In this document: positions 20,519 to 30,032 of the stretch, piece after piece | How the letters are laid out: each line of letters starts with the position of its first letter | Numbering within the stretch: the stretch's first letter is position 1 | Virus record (IMG/VR): IMGVR_UViG_3300020122_000238 | Coordinates: 124,001-188,000 of that record | Reading direction: 5' to 3' (one strand) | Length of the DNA stretch: 64,000 nucleotides | Translations under genes and position numbers: made by a program | Notes under the pieces: generated by a model | Told to the model about the DNA's origin: nothing | Seen by the model: only the letters and a program-made list of their open reading frames with translations | Database searches by the model: none

Positions 20519-23415
20519 TGGCTGACGAGTTCGATGACGACGATTTTGATTTCTTGAACTCCCCAGCTCCTCTCGGACGCAAGGAGCTGGCCCTCACCGC
20601 GATGGCAAAACAGGCGATGAATCGCCCCGTCGAGTCTTTCGAGGATGAGGGTGGGCTCGACGACTTCATGTCGAACACCGGGATGGTCCGGGAACGCGAT
20701 GTCCCGGACCCGACGAAGCCTTGGATGCGTTTCCACGAGTTCGTGCTCGTGAAGACTATCGAGGAGGTTCGAGCAATCGTCGATGCGGCCATCGCTGCCA
20801 AGAACTGCTCGCTCGACCTGGAAACCCAGGGCCTCGACAACCGCATCTTCTACGATGCGGAGGGCAAACCTCAGACGGTTCACAAGATCGTGGGGTTCTG
20901 TATCTCGTACAACTCCAAGACGGGCTACTACATCCCTGTCCGCCACAGGACCGGCGAGGGGATGCCGGATCTGAACGTCAAGCCGAGCGAGGTCGAGGCG
21001 GAAATCCGTCGCCTATGTCTCGCCTCGCAGCCGACCCCCAAGGGCTCTCCGAAGGACCTCCTTTCCTTCAAGGAGTTCGAGGAGGGGCCTCAGCTCGTCA
21101 TCAACTTCTGGAACGCCAAGTTCGATCAGGAGTTCCTCTTCCCCATTACGGGGATCGACTGGTGGCACCCTGACTCCTTCGAGGATGGTTGCCTGGCTGC
21201 CTTTACGGTCTACTCCGATGATTGGCTCGGTCTCAAGGAGAATGCGAAGGAGAAGCTCCGCGTCTCTGAAGAGGTTACGGGATCGGATGGGAGGCGCTTG
21301 AAGGTCGAATACGCCTACGAGATGATCGAGCTGAAGGAGCTGTTTCTCAAGGGCCGTCCGATCCAGTTCGATGCTCTCTCGCCGGATGAGCCGGGCGTGA
21401 TCAAATACGCCTGTTCAGACGCCATCTGCACGAATCTCCTCTGCCTACGAGACGACCTCGTGAAGCTGTGCCGGGACAAGTACGGCTTCACCTACCGTCT
21501 GGAGAAGCAAGTTTCCCAAGTGGCTCGGGTCATGGAACGCAATCGTGCGATGGTGAACCGAAACAAGGTCAAGCTCCTCTTGGACAAGCACACCAAGAAG
21601 CGCGACGAGCTTCTCGTGCTCATCGATGCTCTCGCCAAGAGCAAGGGCTTCCACGGTTTTGATCCCGCGAGCACCAAGCAGCTCGGGGAGTTCCTCTTCG
21701 GGGAGAAGGGTCTGGATATCTCCCCGAAGCCCGAGAAGAACGAGAAGTCACAGCAGTACAAGACCGACGGAGAGACGCTCGAAAACCTCACGAAGGACAT
21801 GGGCCCCAATGCCCCCATGATCCTCCAGTGGATGGTCAAGCTCCGCGAAGAGGAGAAGCTCCTCGGGACCTATCTTCACAACCTCTACGAGAACTACGAC
21901 AAGCACGCGATGCCTCTGTCGGAGATGCGTTTCGACTGGAAGCAGACGGGAGCTGCCACGGGGCGCTTCTCAGCTCCCGGCCGGAAGGATCACATCGACC
22001 ACGGCTTCAGCGGAGTCCCTATTCACGGGATTCCCTCGACGTCCGATCTCCGGACGTGCTTCGAGGCCCGTCCGGGCTACGCGATGTGCAAGTGCGATTA
22101 CGCAGGGCAAGAGCTGCGGATCGTTACGAACCTCTCGAACGAAAGCGTCTGGATCAAGGAGTTCAAGGAAGGGTCGGGCGACCTTCACAGCATCACCGCC
22201 AGGGCCTTCTTCAACAAGGCGGACATTACCAAGGACGAGCGGAAGATGGGCAAGATTGCCAACTTCGCTCTCGTCTACGGTGGTGGCCCGGCTGCCATCA
22301 TGCGGGCAACGGGCTGTGACAAGGTCGAGGGGCAACGCCGGAAGGCGGCCTTCGATAAGGCTGTCCCGACCTTCGCGAAGTGGGTCAAGCAGCAACATAC
22401 GAAAGTCAAGAGGGACAAGGGTGTCTGGACGGCCTTCGGTCGTTGGATCGCCATCCCCGATGCCAACGTGATGGAAGGGGAGATGCTCAACGGTCGGATC
22501 TTGTCGTCGCAAGACGCGAACATGATCCGAGCTGCCTGTGAGCGACACGCGACGAACTACCCGATTCAGGGGAGCGGCGCGGACATTATGAAGATCGCTA
22601 TGGTTCTTCTTCACAAGGAATTCCACCGCCGGGGCTGGCTCCGAAATGGGGGTGACGATTCGGTTCGGATGCTCCTCACGGTTCACGACGAGCTTGTCTT
22701 CGAGATTCGCTACGATCGTGTGGCGGAAGCCATCCCCCTCATCGTCGAGCAGATGGAGATGCCGACGAAGATGGCAAGGCCTCCCTACTCGCCTGTGTGG
22801 CAGGTCCCTCTTGTTGTCGAGCCCTTGATCGGCTTCAACTGGGGCGCGGGCTACGGGATCGTTCCCTTCAAGGAGGGGTATGTCCTCAAGGAGTTCGAAG
22901 TGCTCCTCGGCGGATTCGTCTACTCTCTCACCCGCGTGGTCGAGAAGGAAGGCGAGATTCTGGAGGAGGAAGTCATCGTCAAGACGGAGGAGAAGAGTGG
23001 CAAGAAGGTCTTCACCATCCGGTTGAAGATCGACCCCCCGTGGCTCAAGGGTGGATCCAGCTCACCTCCGCCGCCTCCTTCAACTCCGCCGTCCTCGGAT
23101 AGCCGTGAGAGGATTGCGCCCCCCTCTTCACCGATGGCCCCCCTGTCTCAACAGACGTTGAAGCAGGATGGGCCGCCGCCCGAGGTGGTCACGATTCGAC
23201 TGCGAGAACTGTCCCCGTCCACGCTTCGGCAAGTCCGTGGAGTGTGCGCGCAGTACATCGATCCCGACAATGGATCGCTTCTCCGGCTGATTGACCCGAT
23301 GTCGGGTAAGACGATCATTGACCCCAAGCTCGGAGTCAAGATCAACCCCGAGATGGTTGCGGGGGCTCTCAAGGAGATGCATCTTTCCGACGGACAGTAT
23401 CTTCCCAGTTCGTAA
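20515..23415 (+). CDS. polA: Family A DNA polymerase with 3'-5' exonuclease
   Basis: Exo DLETQG, NAKFD, YACSD; pol TGRFS, DYAGQELR, KIANFALVYG, IQGSGADIMK, VHDE. Confidence 0.93.
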   Translation: MMADEFDDDDFDFLNSPAPLGRKELALTAMAKQAMNRPVESFEDEGGLDDFMSNTGMVRERDVPDPTKPWMRFHEFVLVKTIEEVRAIVDAAIAAKNCSLDLETQGLDNRIFYDAEGKPQTVHKIVGFCISYNSKTGYYIPVRHRTGEGMPDLNVKPSEVEAEIRRLCLASQPTPKGSPKDLLSFKEFEEGPQLVINFWNAKFDQEFLFPITGIDWWHPDSFEDGCLAAFTVYSDDWLGLKENAKEKLRVSEEVTGSDGRRLKVEYAYEMIELKELFLKGRPIQFDALSPDEPGVIKYACSDAICTNLLCLRDDLVKLCRDKYGFTYRLEKQVSQVARVMERNRAMVNRNKVKLLLDKHTKKRDELLVLIDALAKSKGFHGFDPASTKQLGEFLFGEKGLDISPKPEKNEKSQQYKTDGETLENLTKDMGPNAPMILQWMVKLREEEKLLGTYLHNLYENYDKHAMPLSEMRFDWKQTGAATGRFSAPGRKDHIDHGFSGVPIHGIPSTSDLRTCFEARPGYAMCKCDYAGQELRIVTNLSNESVWIKEFKEGSGDLHSITARAFFNKADITKDERKMGKIANFALVYGGGPAAIMRATGCDKVEGQRRKAAFDKAVPTFAKWVKQQHTKVKRDKGVWTAFGRWIAIPDANVMEGEMLNGRILSSQDANMIRAACERHATNYPIQGSGADIMKIAMVLLHKEFHRRGWLRNGGDDSVRMLLTVHDELVFEIRYDRVAEAIPLIVEQMEMPTKMARPPYSPVWQVPLVVEPLIGFNWGAGYGIVPFKEGYVLKEFEVLLGGFVYSLTRVVEKEGEILEEEVIVKTEEKSGKKVFTIRLKIDPPWLKGGSSSPPPPPSTPPSSDSRERIAPPSSPMAPLSQQTLKQDGPPPEVVTIRLRELSPSTLRQVRGVCAQYIDPDNGSLLRLIDPMSGKTIIDPKLGVKINPEMVAGALKEMHLSDGQYLPSS

Positions 23416-23455
23416 TCCTGGCATATCCTGAAACGTTCGGGTATTATCCTCCCTC

Positions 23456-24001
23456 ATGGCTTCGGAACGTCGAGATCTGTACGGAGAATGCAACGTGGAC
23501 GGGGCGACGCTCGACCAGTTCACGGCCGAGTGCTGTTCCCGTTGCATGACTTCGGAGTGTTCTCGGAGCCTCTTGGGTGGGGGTAAGTTCGAGCGTCGTA
23601 TACAGAGCTGGGAGGATCGGTTGTTCACCAACCCTCCGCAGTTGGACCCCAAAGACCCGCGCTACATGAAGATCCAGGGTCAACGCTTCCTGACCCTGGA
23701 TGTCGGGCGCACCCCCGAGATTCGATCCTCGGGGTGGATCGACCCCCTGGCACCAGCTGAAACACAGGAGGCGGCACCCATTTCCCCGCCTTCTCTCATT
23801 TCGGTTCCGGCTGCCCCCAGCTCGAAGTTGGTCCTCCCGCGGCGGCTATCCGGGGCAAATGCTCCGGATCAATCGGGAAAAATGGTGGGGGCCCCGGCGG
23901 CTCCTTCAAGAGATCCGTGGGCCGCTTCTTCTCTTCCTCCCACAACGGATCCAACTATTTCGCCGGGAGGCACAGTCAAGCTCCGCGGTTCTGGTGTATA
24001 G
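23456..24001 (+). CDS. Hypothetical protein (Cys cluster, Pro-rich tail)
   Basis: 181 aa ORF, CCSRCxxxEC. Confidence 0.55.
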   Translation: MASERRDLYGECNVDGATLDQFTAECCSRCMTSECSRSLLGGGKFERRIQSWEDRLFTNPPQLDPKDPRYMKIQGQRFLTLDVGRTPEIRSSGWIDPLAPAETQEAAPISPPSLISVPAAPSSKLVLPRRLSGANAPDQSGKMVGAPAAPSRDPWAASSLPPTTDPTISPGGTVKLRGSGV

Positions 24002-24046
24002 ATCGGCTGTCCCCCACACCATCGAAGCTACCGGAGAGACACAGAC

Positions 24047-24229
24047 ATGAAGTTCAAGGCCACCATCAAGTCCGACGGCAAGGTCGTCACCGAGGTTCTC
24101 GCCCGCGAGAACCACCTTTGCAGCGAAATCTACAAGGTGACCAACGCCATCGGCAAGCAGCTCAGCGACGACGAGATCGGCCCCGAGTGCGATCCGCAGA
24201 CCGAGGTCAACAGCGACACCTCGCTGTAG
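24047..24229 (+). CDS. DUF2997-like small protein
   Basis: IKSDGKVVTEV...C pattern; GGAG RBS; typical context next to DUF1257 and AAA. Confidence 0.55.
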   Translation: MKFKATIKSDGKVVTEVLARENHLCSEIYKVTNAIGKQLSDDEIGPECDPQTEVNSDTSL

Positions 24230-24268
24230 GTCTCTCCAGTAGTACCCTTTCGAGAGGAATCCCAGAGC

Positions 24269-24592
24269 ATGTCACACCGCGTCACGACCCAGACCAGCAT
24301 GAAGAATGCCGCCAACGTGAAGGAAGCCTGCAAGCAGCAGGACGTCTCCTTCCAGGAGCACGGCACCACCATCCGCTTCACGAGCGGGCCCCTCAACACG
24401 GCCTCGCTCGACCTCACCACGGGGACGATCACGGGCGACACGGATCGCCACAGCGCCTCGACGCTGGGGGCCCTCAAGCAGGCCTACGGCGAGGTGTCCT
24501 ACCGTTTCGAGTGCATGAAGCAGGGCATCACCGTCGAGTCTCGCACCGTCGAGAAGAACGGTGATATCACTCTGATGTGCGCGAGCGCCTGA
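24269..24592 (+). CDS. DUF1257/Ycf35-like protein
   Basis: MSH.....T start, LKQAY, G..V......NG.I.L end. Confidence 0.6.
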   Translation: MSHRVTTQTSMKNAANVKEACKQQDVSFQEHGTTIRFTSGPLNTASLDLTTGTITGDTDRHSASTLGALKQAYGEVSYRFECMKQGITVESRTVEKNGDITLMCASA

Positions 24593-24629
24593 TCCGGTTC
24601 CCTTCGGCGGCCGGGCGAGTCCCCGGTAA

Positions 24630-24680
24630 CTGAAATGCGAGTGCCCTTTCTCCAATGGAGAAAGGGCACTCGCATTTCAG
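24630..24680. repeat. 51-bp palindrome (25-bp perfect arms)
   Basis: CTGAAATGCGAGTGCCCTTTCTCCA-A-TGGAGAAAGGGCACTCGCATTTCAG. Confidence 0.9.
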
Positions 24681-24719
24681 GGGTAGAAGTTCAATCAAGA
24701 TGGGGGTCAAGGCCCCAAC

Positions 24720-24725
24720 GGTGTA
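24720..24725 (+). promoter_or_regulatory. Class A element GGTGTA
   Basis: 10 nt before ATG 24736. Confidence 0.65.
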
Positions 24726-24735
24726 AAGAGTCCTT

Positions 24736-26310
24736 ATGTCATCCCACGAAGATCTCGTCTTCCACCTTCGAAGCCTGAGCCGCGTGATCTACTACGTCAC
24801 CGACGAGGAAGATCGGTTTCTCGTGAAGCTGCGGGACACCCTCAAGAAGCACGCTGATCGGTGCTGGGTGTTCAGCGCAACCTTCGGGCTCGTTACGCTC
24901 AAGAACCTGATCTCGGACTGGACCTCGAAGCAGCACGCGATCAATCGTGAGCAGCTCTCGATCCACGACGCCTTGGAGAGCATCTACAAGGACGACCCCA
25001 AGGACGAGCGCAATTTCTACGTTTTCACGGACCCGGAGCGCTGGCTCGCCGATGCCCACGTCAATCGGCGCCTCCTGAACATCGTCCACCAGGTCCACCA
25101 GGACATCAGAACCCTCAAGATCCTGATCTTCGTCGGGACCCGCAAGGCGATGCCGGAATCGCTTGCCCCCTACATGGAGGTCATCCAGGACACCGGGCTG
25201 ACGCCGGAAGAGATCATGTCGACGGTCGAGGCAGCCTGCAAGCACCTCCCCGGAGTCGAGCCCCCGCCCAACTGCGCGCAGCTCTTCGCTGGGATGAACA
25301 GCTACCAGATCGACATGGCCGTGGCGAAGTCTATCGTGGCCACCAAGAAGGACGAGACGTCTCCGAAGCGGATCGACCCGGCGCACATCACGAAATACCG
25401 TCGGAACCAGCTCAAGAAGACGGACCTGCTCCAGCTCCTCGACGTCGAGGGGGTGACCTTCGATCAGCTCGGCGGCAACCACCGCTTCAAGGAGTGGGCC
25501 ATTGAGACGAAGGATAGCTGGAGTGAGGAAGGGCGGGCCTTCGGTCTCAAGCCCCCGAAGGGTGTCCTCCTCGTGGGTGTCTGGGGCTGCGGTAAGTCGC
25601 TGGCGTCGAAGGCGATGGCTCAGGCGTGGGGTATGCCGGTCGTCCAGCTCGAAATGGGCAAGCTCCGTTCGGCCAACGTTGGCCAGTCCGAAGCCAACGT
25701 CTATAAGGCCATTCGGCACATCGAGTCGATCGCTCCCTGTGTGGTGTGGATCGATGAGGCCGAGAAGAGCCTCGGCGGCGGGGCGTCCTCGGCGGCCTCC
25801 GATGCAGGAACGACGAGCCGCACGATCGGTATCCTCTCGACATGGCTCCAGGAGACCACGTCTCCGATCTGCCTCGCCCTCACGGCGAACAGCCTGAAAA
25901 CGCTTCCGATCGAGTTCGTCAACCGGATGGACGAGCGGTTCTTCTTCGACATCCCGAGCGAGGAAGAGCGGATCGAGATCCTTCGTATTCATCTCCGCAA
26001 GGCGGGGCAGAACCCGAGTGATTTCCAGCTCGCCGCTCTGTCCGATGCCTGCAAGGGCATGGTCGGTCGCGAGATCGAGCAGACGGTCGGAGCAGGTATG
26101 CGGAAGAGCTTCAAGGTACGCAGCAAGAAGCTCGATGAGACCATCCTCCTGGACATCGCGGGGAAGAAGCCCCGGATCCTGAAGACGATGGTCGACGAGA
26201 TCCGCGAGCTGGTCGAGTGGGTCGGCTTCGACACGGACGCTAACGAAGGGATCAAGGCTCGCCTGGCTTCGGCCCCGAGCAAGGGAAGCAGCTTCAAGCT
26301 CGTCGAGTGA
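24736..26310 (+). CDS. Ycf46-like AAA+ ATPase
   Basis: PKGVLLVGVWGCGKS, WIDEAEK, TAN, RMDERFFFDIP; degenerate N-terminal AAA. Confidence 0.85.
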   Translation: MSSHEDLVFHLRSLSRVIYYVTDEEDRFLVKLRDTLKKHADRCWVFSATFGLVTLKNLISDWTSKQHAINREQLSIHDALESIYKDDPKDERNFYVFTDPERWLADAHVNRRLLNIVHQVHQDIRTLKILIFVGTRKAMPESLAPYMEVIQDTGLTPEEIMSTVEAACKHLPGVEPPPNCAQLFAGMNSYQIDMAVAKSIVATKKDETSPKRIDPAHITKYRRNQLKKTDLLQLLDVEGVTFDQLGGNHRFKEWAIETKDSWSEEGRAFGLKPPKGVLLVGVWGCGKSLASKAMAQAWGMPVVQLEMGKLRSANVGQSEANVYKAIRHIESIAPCVVWIDEAEKSLGGGASSAASDAGTTSRTIGILSTWLQETTSPICLALTANSLKTLPIEFVNRMDERFFFDIPSEEERIEILRIHLRKAGQNPSDFQLAALSDACKGMVGREIEQTVGAGMRKSFKVRSKKLDETILLDIAGKKPRILKTMVDEIRELVEWVGFDTDANEGIKARLASAPSKGSSFKLVE

Positions 26311-27503
26311 CATGCATGCACAGCTCTTCTTTGGTCCCGCTGATCCCCGAGGTCCGGACGCTCGCTCGTCCGGCTCCGGGGGATCTTCTCGCCGCCCGGC
26401 AAGAAATCCAACGCAACCCTGCCCTTCAACAGCTCTTCCGAGCAGCACGAGACGAGAAGCAAGAGCCTCAGCGGTTTGCTGAAGACCTCGCTGAGGTGCT
26501 CTTCAATCACATTGAGGGCACCAACGCAGAGATTCAGACGGCTGCGGCCTACCTCGCCGATGAGTACCTCCAGCTCGGCGATGGGATGCTCATCATCTCG
26601 TCAACGACGGGCCGGGCCATCTACAAGGTCACGGAGGAAGACATCTGGCAGCCTCCTGAAGTGCCTCGTGAGAGCGGGGGGATGGCTACCCCGCTCCGTC
26701 GGCTCCGCCCTGCTCTTGAAGGCTTCCTGGTCCAGTGGGTCTTCGATGAAGCTCGGGAGACGAACATCCTGCGAGACACCTATCAACGTCTTGCGGCCAA
26801 AGGGACCCACGTCGAGAACGACTCTCGCTTCCTCCCCATCACGAGGCGAGGGCGGAAGACGATCGTCGAGGAGATCCGGGAGCAGCTCCCATCCCTGCTC
26901 CCCGGACGTGTTCGAGGGAACATGGGGGCGTTCCTGGCTTGCTTCGAGCTGAGGGACACAGACCCCGTAGAATCCAAGCTCACGCCCCTGGTTCGGAGCA
27001 TCGGGGTTGCGTCAGGGCGATCCAACATCGCCGATCCGACGACCATCAACCTCAACTTCCATCAGACGACGGCCATCACAGCTCGGATCGCCGCTCAGTG
27101 GACCTCGGAGATCGCGCGGACAATTTCGGTGGCTGCACATGCAGCCACCGAAATGCACGAGATTTCCTATTTGGCGTCCGATCTCCGAAGTCTTTTGAGG
27201 GGTCTTGGGGGAGAAAGCCTGTGGGTGGCAAATCCTCAAGAATGGGCTTGTATTCGAGAGCGGGCTCGCCCCATGGATCGGCCCCTGATTGTCCACCCCA
27301 TTGAGGGTGGAAATCTGACTAAGATCGAGAAACAGGCGGGGGTCATCGTTATTCACCCGGACTCTTTCACGATCGAAGCCCGCGAAGTCCACGATCGCTG
27401 GGACGTGGTCGCCACCTTCGAGTACACGCTCTGGATCGATTGGCGCCACGTCGAGGGCATGGTGATGACAGACCTTCCCGTCGAGGTACAGATCGTCCGA
27501 TGA
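26307..27503 (+). CDS. Hypothetical protein
   Basis: 398 aa ORF coupled to both neighbours. Confidence 0.6.
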   Translation: MTCMHSSSLVPLIPEVRTLARPAPGDLLAARQEIQRNPALQQLFRAARDEKQEPQRFAEDLAEVLFNHIEGTNAEIQTAAAYLADEYLQLGDGMLIISSTTGRAIYKVTEEDIWQPPEVPRESGGMATPLRRLRPALEGFLVQWVFDEARETNILRDTYQRLAAKGTHVENDSRFLPITRRGRKTIVEEIREQLPSLLPGRVRGNMGAFLACFELRDTDPVESKLTPLVRSIGVASGRSNIADPTTINLNFHQTTAITARIAAQWTSEIARTISVAAHAATEMHEISYLASDLRSLLRGLGGESLWVANPQEWACIRERARPMDRPLIVHPIEGGNLTKIEKQAGVIVIHPDSFTIEAREVHDRWDVVATFEYTLWIDWRHVEGMVMTDLPVEVQIVR

Positions 27504-27724
27504 AGACCGGCGGCTTTTACTCGTTCGTCGTCTGGGCTGTTGAAGAGGTGCCGCTTCCGGAGCACCTCTTGCTCCTCGAACCGGGCATGAACGCCTTCAA
27601 CGCTCAACTGGAAGACCTGGATGGGTTCATCGCCTGTCTCAGGGAAGCCAAGGTCGAGGTCCGCCAGGTCAACAACCTCACGGATCCTTCGTTCGTCCCT
27701 CTCACCAATCTCCTGACGGAATAG
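27500..27724 (+). CDS. Hypothetical protein
   Basis: ATGA overlap, MKTGGFYSF... Confidence 0.5.
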   Translation: MKTGGFYSFVVWAVEEVPLPEHLLLLEPGMNAFNAQLEDLDGFIACLREAKVEVRQVNNLTDPSFVPLTNLLTE

Positions 27725-27726
27725 GT

Positions 27727-28080
27727 ATGATCACAGATCCCGAAGAAGCTCTCACGCACATTCAACGGGTGGCGGCAGAAGGTCGCCTCGAATGGGCCCC
27801 CACAGATCAGGTTACCTCTCTTGATGCGGAGATCCAAGAGATATTCTCTGAGGTCTACGGTGCTCTCATGGGGAGACTGGTAAAGAAAGGGGGCATCATG
27901 GCGACCGATCGCTCCTACATTGGGGATGTCCTCGACTTTGAGGGCGACGAGTACACAGCCAAATCGGAAGCTGCCCTCAAGACGGCTTCCGATAAGCTCG
28001 GTATCCCTCTGAGTGCGGACAACCTCTTTGTGACGGCTGCCCTGCTTCTTCGGGCAAAACGAGCCACGTCCCACAGCTAA
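27727..28080 (+). CDS. Hypothetical protein
   Basis: 117 aa ORF in operon. Confidence 0.55.
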   Translation: MITDPEEALTHIQRVAAEGRLEWAPTDQVTSLDAEIQEIFSEVYGALMGRLVKKGGIMATDRSYIGDVLDFEGDEYTAKSEAALKTASDKLGIPLSADNLFVTAALLLRAKRATSHS

Positions 28081-28084
28081 ATTC

Positions 28085-28090
28085 GGTGTA
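28085..28090 (+). promoter_or_regulatory. Class A element GGTGTA
   Basis: 10 nt before ATG 28101. Confidence 0.65.
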
Positions 28091-28100
28091 GACGTTTCGG

Positions 28101-28688
28101 ATGAAGAAACGTCTCCGCATTTTGATGGACATTGATGGTGTTGTGGCCGATTTCATGGCCACTGCCCTCGACATCGTGGAAAAGCTCTCGGGGGATCGAT
28201 ACCACCCCACCGATTTCCACGCGTGGGACATCTTCGAGACCATCCCCCGAGAGCACGAGCTGGACTTCCTCGACGCATTCAAGGTCAAGGGGACCTGCCT
28301 TGGGATTCCCCTCATCCCGGGCTCCAAGGAAGGCGTCGATGGGCTGCGGGCTCGCGGCGATCTCTACGTCGTGACCTCCCCGATGGGGTGCGTCGAGACT
28401 TGGTCCCATGAGCGGGATGCCTGGCTGAAGCAGCACTTCGAGATCCCTACCTCGAAAATCATACACACATCGGCCAAGTACGTCTGTGCGGGGGACTGGC
28501 TCATCGACGACAAGCCGGCGAACATAACCCCCTGGCTGGAGCACAACCCGAACGGGAAAGCGATGCTCTGGCACCACAACTACAACGCCAAGGAAGACCT
28601 CGGGCCTCGCGTGCATCGAGTCCACAACTGGGTTGATGTCTTTGCCATCCTGGACGCGGAGACGACCACTGGACGATTCGATGACTGA
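28101..28688 (+). CDS. 5'(3')-deoxyribonucleotidase (HAD, NT5C family)
   Basis: DIDGVVADF, VVTS, WLIDDKP motifs. Confidence 0.85.
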   Translation: MKKRLRILMDIDGVVADFMATALDIVEKLSGDRYHPTDFHAWDIFETIPREHELDFLDAFKVKGTCLGIPLIPGSKEGVDGLRARGDLYVVTSPMGCVETWSHERDAWLKQHFEIPTSKIIHTSAKYVCAGDWLIDDKPANITPWLEHNPNGKAMLWHHNYNAKEDLGPRVHRVHNWVDVFAILDAETTTGRFDD

Positions 28689-28899
28689 GCTGCGAGATCG
28701 ATCTGGCGAGGTGTGTATTGATTCGAAGCTTGTGAGCTTCCTCTACGATCTCATGCGAGATCATCTTCCGCCGGGGGTTGTGGAGACCCTCGTTCAAAAT
28801 GCGTCGAATCCAGACGTGACCTACACAAATGGTTGGTTGGCATCTTATGCCGAAGACCTCGCCAAGAGACTCGGCGACACCCCCAAAAGGATCAAATGA
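28681..28899 (+). CDS. Hypothetical protein
   Basis: MTELRDRSG..., coupled to thyA. Confidence 0.5.
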   Translation: MTELRDRSGEVCIDSKLVSFLYDLMRDHLPPGVVETLVQNASNPDVTYTNGWLASYAEDLAKRLGDTPKRIK

Positions 28900-30014
28900 A
28901 GCAATATCAAGACGCAGTCCGACACGTCCTCGCCAACGGAACTCGCAAGGAGAATCGGACTGGGGTCGATACCCTATCGACTTTCGGATACTACTACGAA
29001 GTGGACCTCGCCGAGGGTTTCCCGCTCCTCACCACCAAGAACGTGAGCTGGAAGAACATCGTCGTTGAGCTTTTGTGGTTCCTCTCGGGTCAAACCGATA
29101 TCGCGATCCTCAAGCGCCACGGTTGCAAGTTCTGGGATGCTTGGGCGGACCCTGATACGGGCAAGGTCCCGAGCGCCTATGGCAACTTCTGGCGCAAGTT
29201 TCCGGTTCATCGTCAAGATGATCCGAAATCCCCCGCAGTCCAATCCAGGGGATCAGCCATTTCGCCTGACTTCAACGACCAGATCGCCTGGGTGCTCGCT
29301 GAGATGCGCAGGAACCCCATGAGTCGGCGGATGGTCGTCTCGGCTTGGGCTCCCGGAAACGCACAGACGAGCAAGCTCCCGCCCTGCCACTGCCTCTACG
29401 TGTTCAACGTGCAGAACGCGGACCCGACGCCGAGGTACGTGCATTACGGACACAATAGGGGAGAGGACCCTGTGTGCGGCAACTACAATGACGGCCGACG
29501 GGTTCTGCCGCACGGGGAAGGGATGAAGTATCGGGAGGCATGGTGCCCCGACTGCCAGGTCCTTCTCAACGGAGCGCGAGGGGGCGATGTCTTCAAGAAC
29601 CCTCCTGTGGGGGACGACCCGCGTCGCCTCTGCCTTCATTTGACGCAGAGATCGCTGGATGTAATGCTTGGCGCACCGTACAACCTCGCCTCGTACGCGC
29701 TGCTCATCGAGCTGTTCAGCCGGTTCACGGGAATCAAGCCTGGGATTTTCGGGCATTCCGTGGTCGACATGCACATCTACTGTGCCAAGCCCGATGGGTC
29801 TATGGCCGAATACGACCACACCCCTGGTGCTCGCGAGCAACTTACGAGAGAGCCCCGTCTTCTTCCTCGCCTCATCATCGATGACAGTATCAAGGACCTC
29901 AGCGATATCGAACGCCTGATGGATCCATCGGTCACTACAGAAGAAATCATGGGTCTCTTCCGCTTGGAAGGGTACAATCCACACCCGGCCATCAACTTCA
30001 AAGTTGCAGTCTGA
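28896..30014 (+). CDS. thyA: Thymidylate synthase with a Cys/His-rich insertion
   Basis: NRTG, FPLLTTK, ELLWF, SRRMVVSAW, LPPCH, QRSLD, DMHIY; ends FKVAV. Confidence 0.93.
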   Translation: MKQYQDAVRHVLANGTRKENRTGVDTLSTFGYYYEVDLAEGFPLLTTKNVSWKNIVVELLWFLSGQTDIAILKRHGCKFWDAWADPDTGKVPSAYGNFWRKFPVHRQDDPKSPAVQSRGSAISPDFNDQIAWVLAEMRRNPMSRRMVVSAWAPGNAQTSKLPPCHCLYVFNVQNADPTPRYVHYGHNRGEDPVCGNYNDGRRVLPHGEGMKYREAWCPDCQVLLNGARGGDVFKNPPVGDDPRRLCLHLTQRSLDVMLGAPYNLASYALLIELFSRFTGIKPGIFGHSVVDMHIYCAKPDGSMAEYDHTPGAREQLTREPRLLPRLIIDDSIKDLSDIERLMDPSVTTEEIMGLFRLEGYNPHPAINFKVAV

Positions 30015-30032
30015 TGTTCACTGTGCTACGTC

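Noticed and set aside
24739-26448. Long antisense ORFs (e.g. 24739..26448, 39331..40884, 6085..7284, 17546..18307)
   Set aside because: Shadows of well-supported plus-strand genes, expected from GC-rich codon bias; no motifs
26307-27503. Possible diverged capsid-fold paralogue
   Set aside because: Only a vague impression from the beta-rich C-terminus; needs HHpred or structure prediction
20515-30014. Inteins in the polymerase or ThyA
   Set aside because: The insertions lack C/S...HN-[CST] splice junctions and LAGLIDADG blocks
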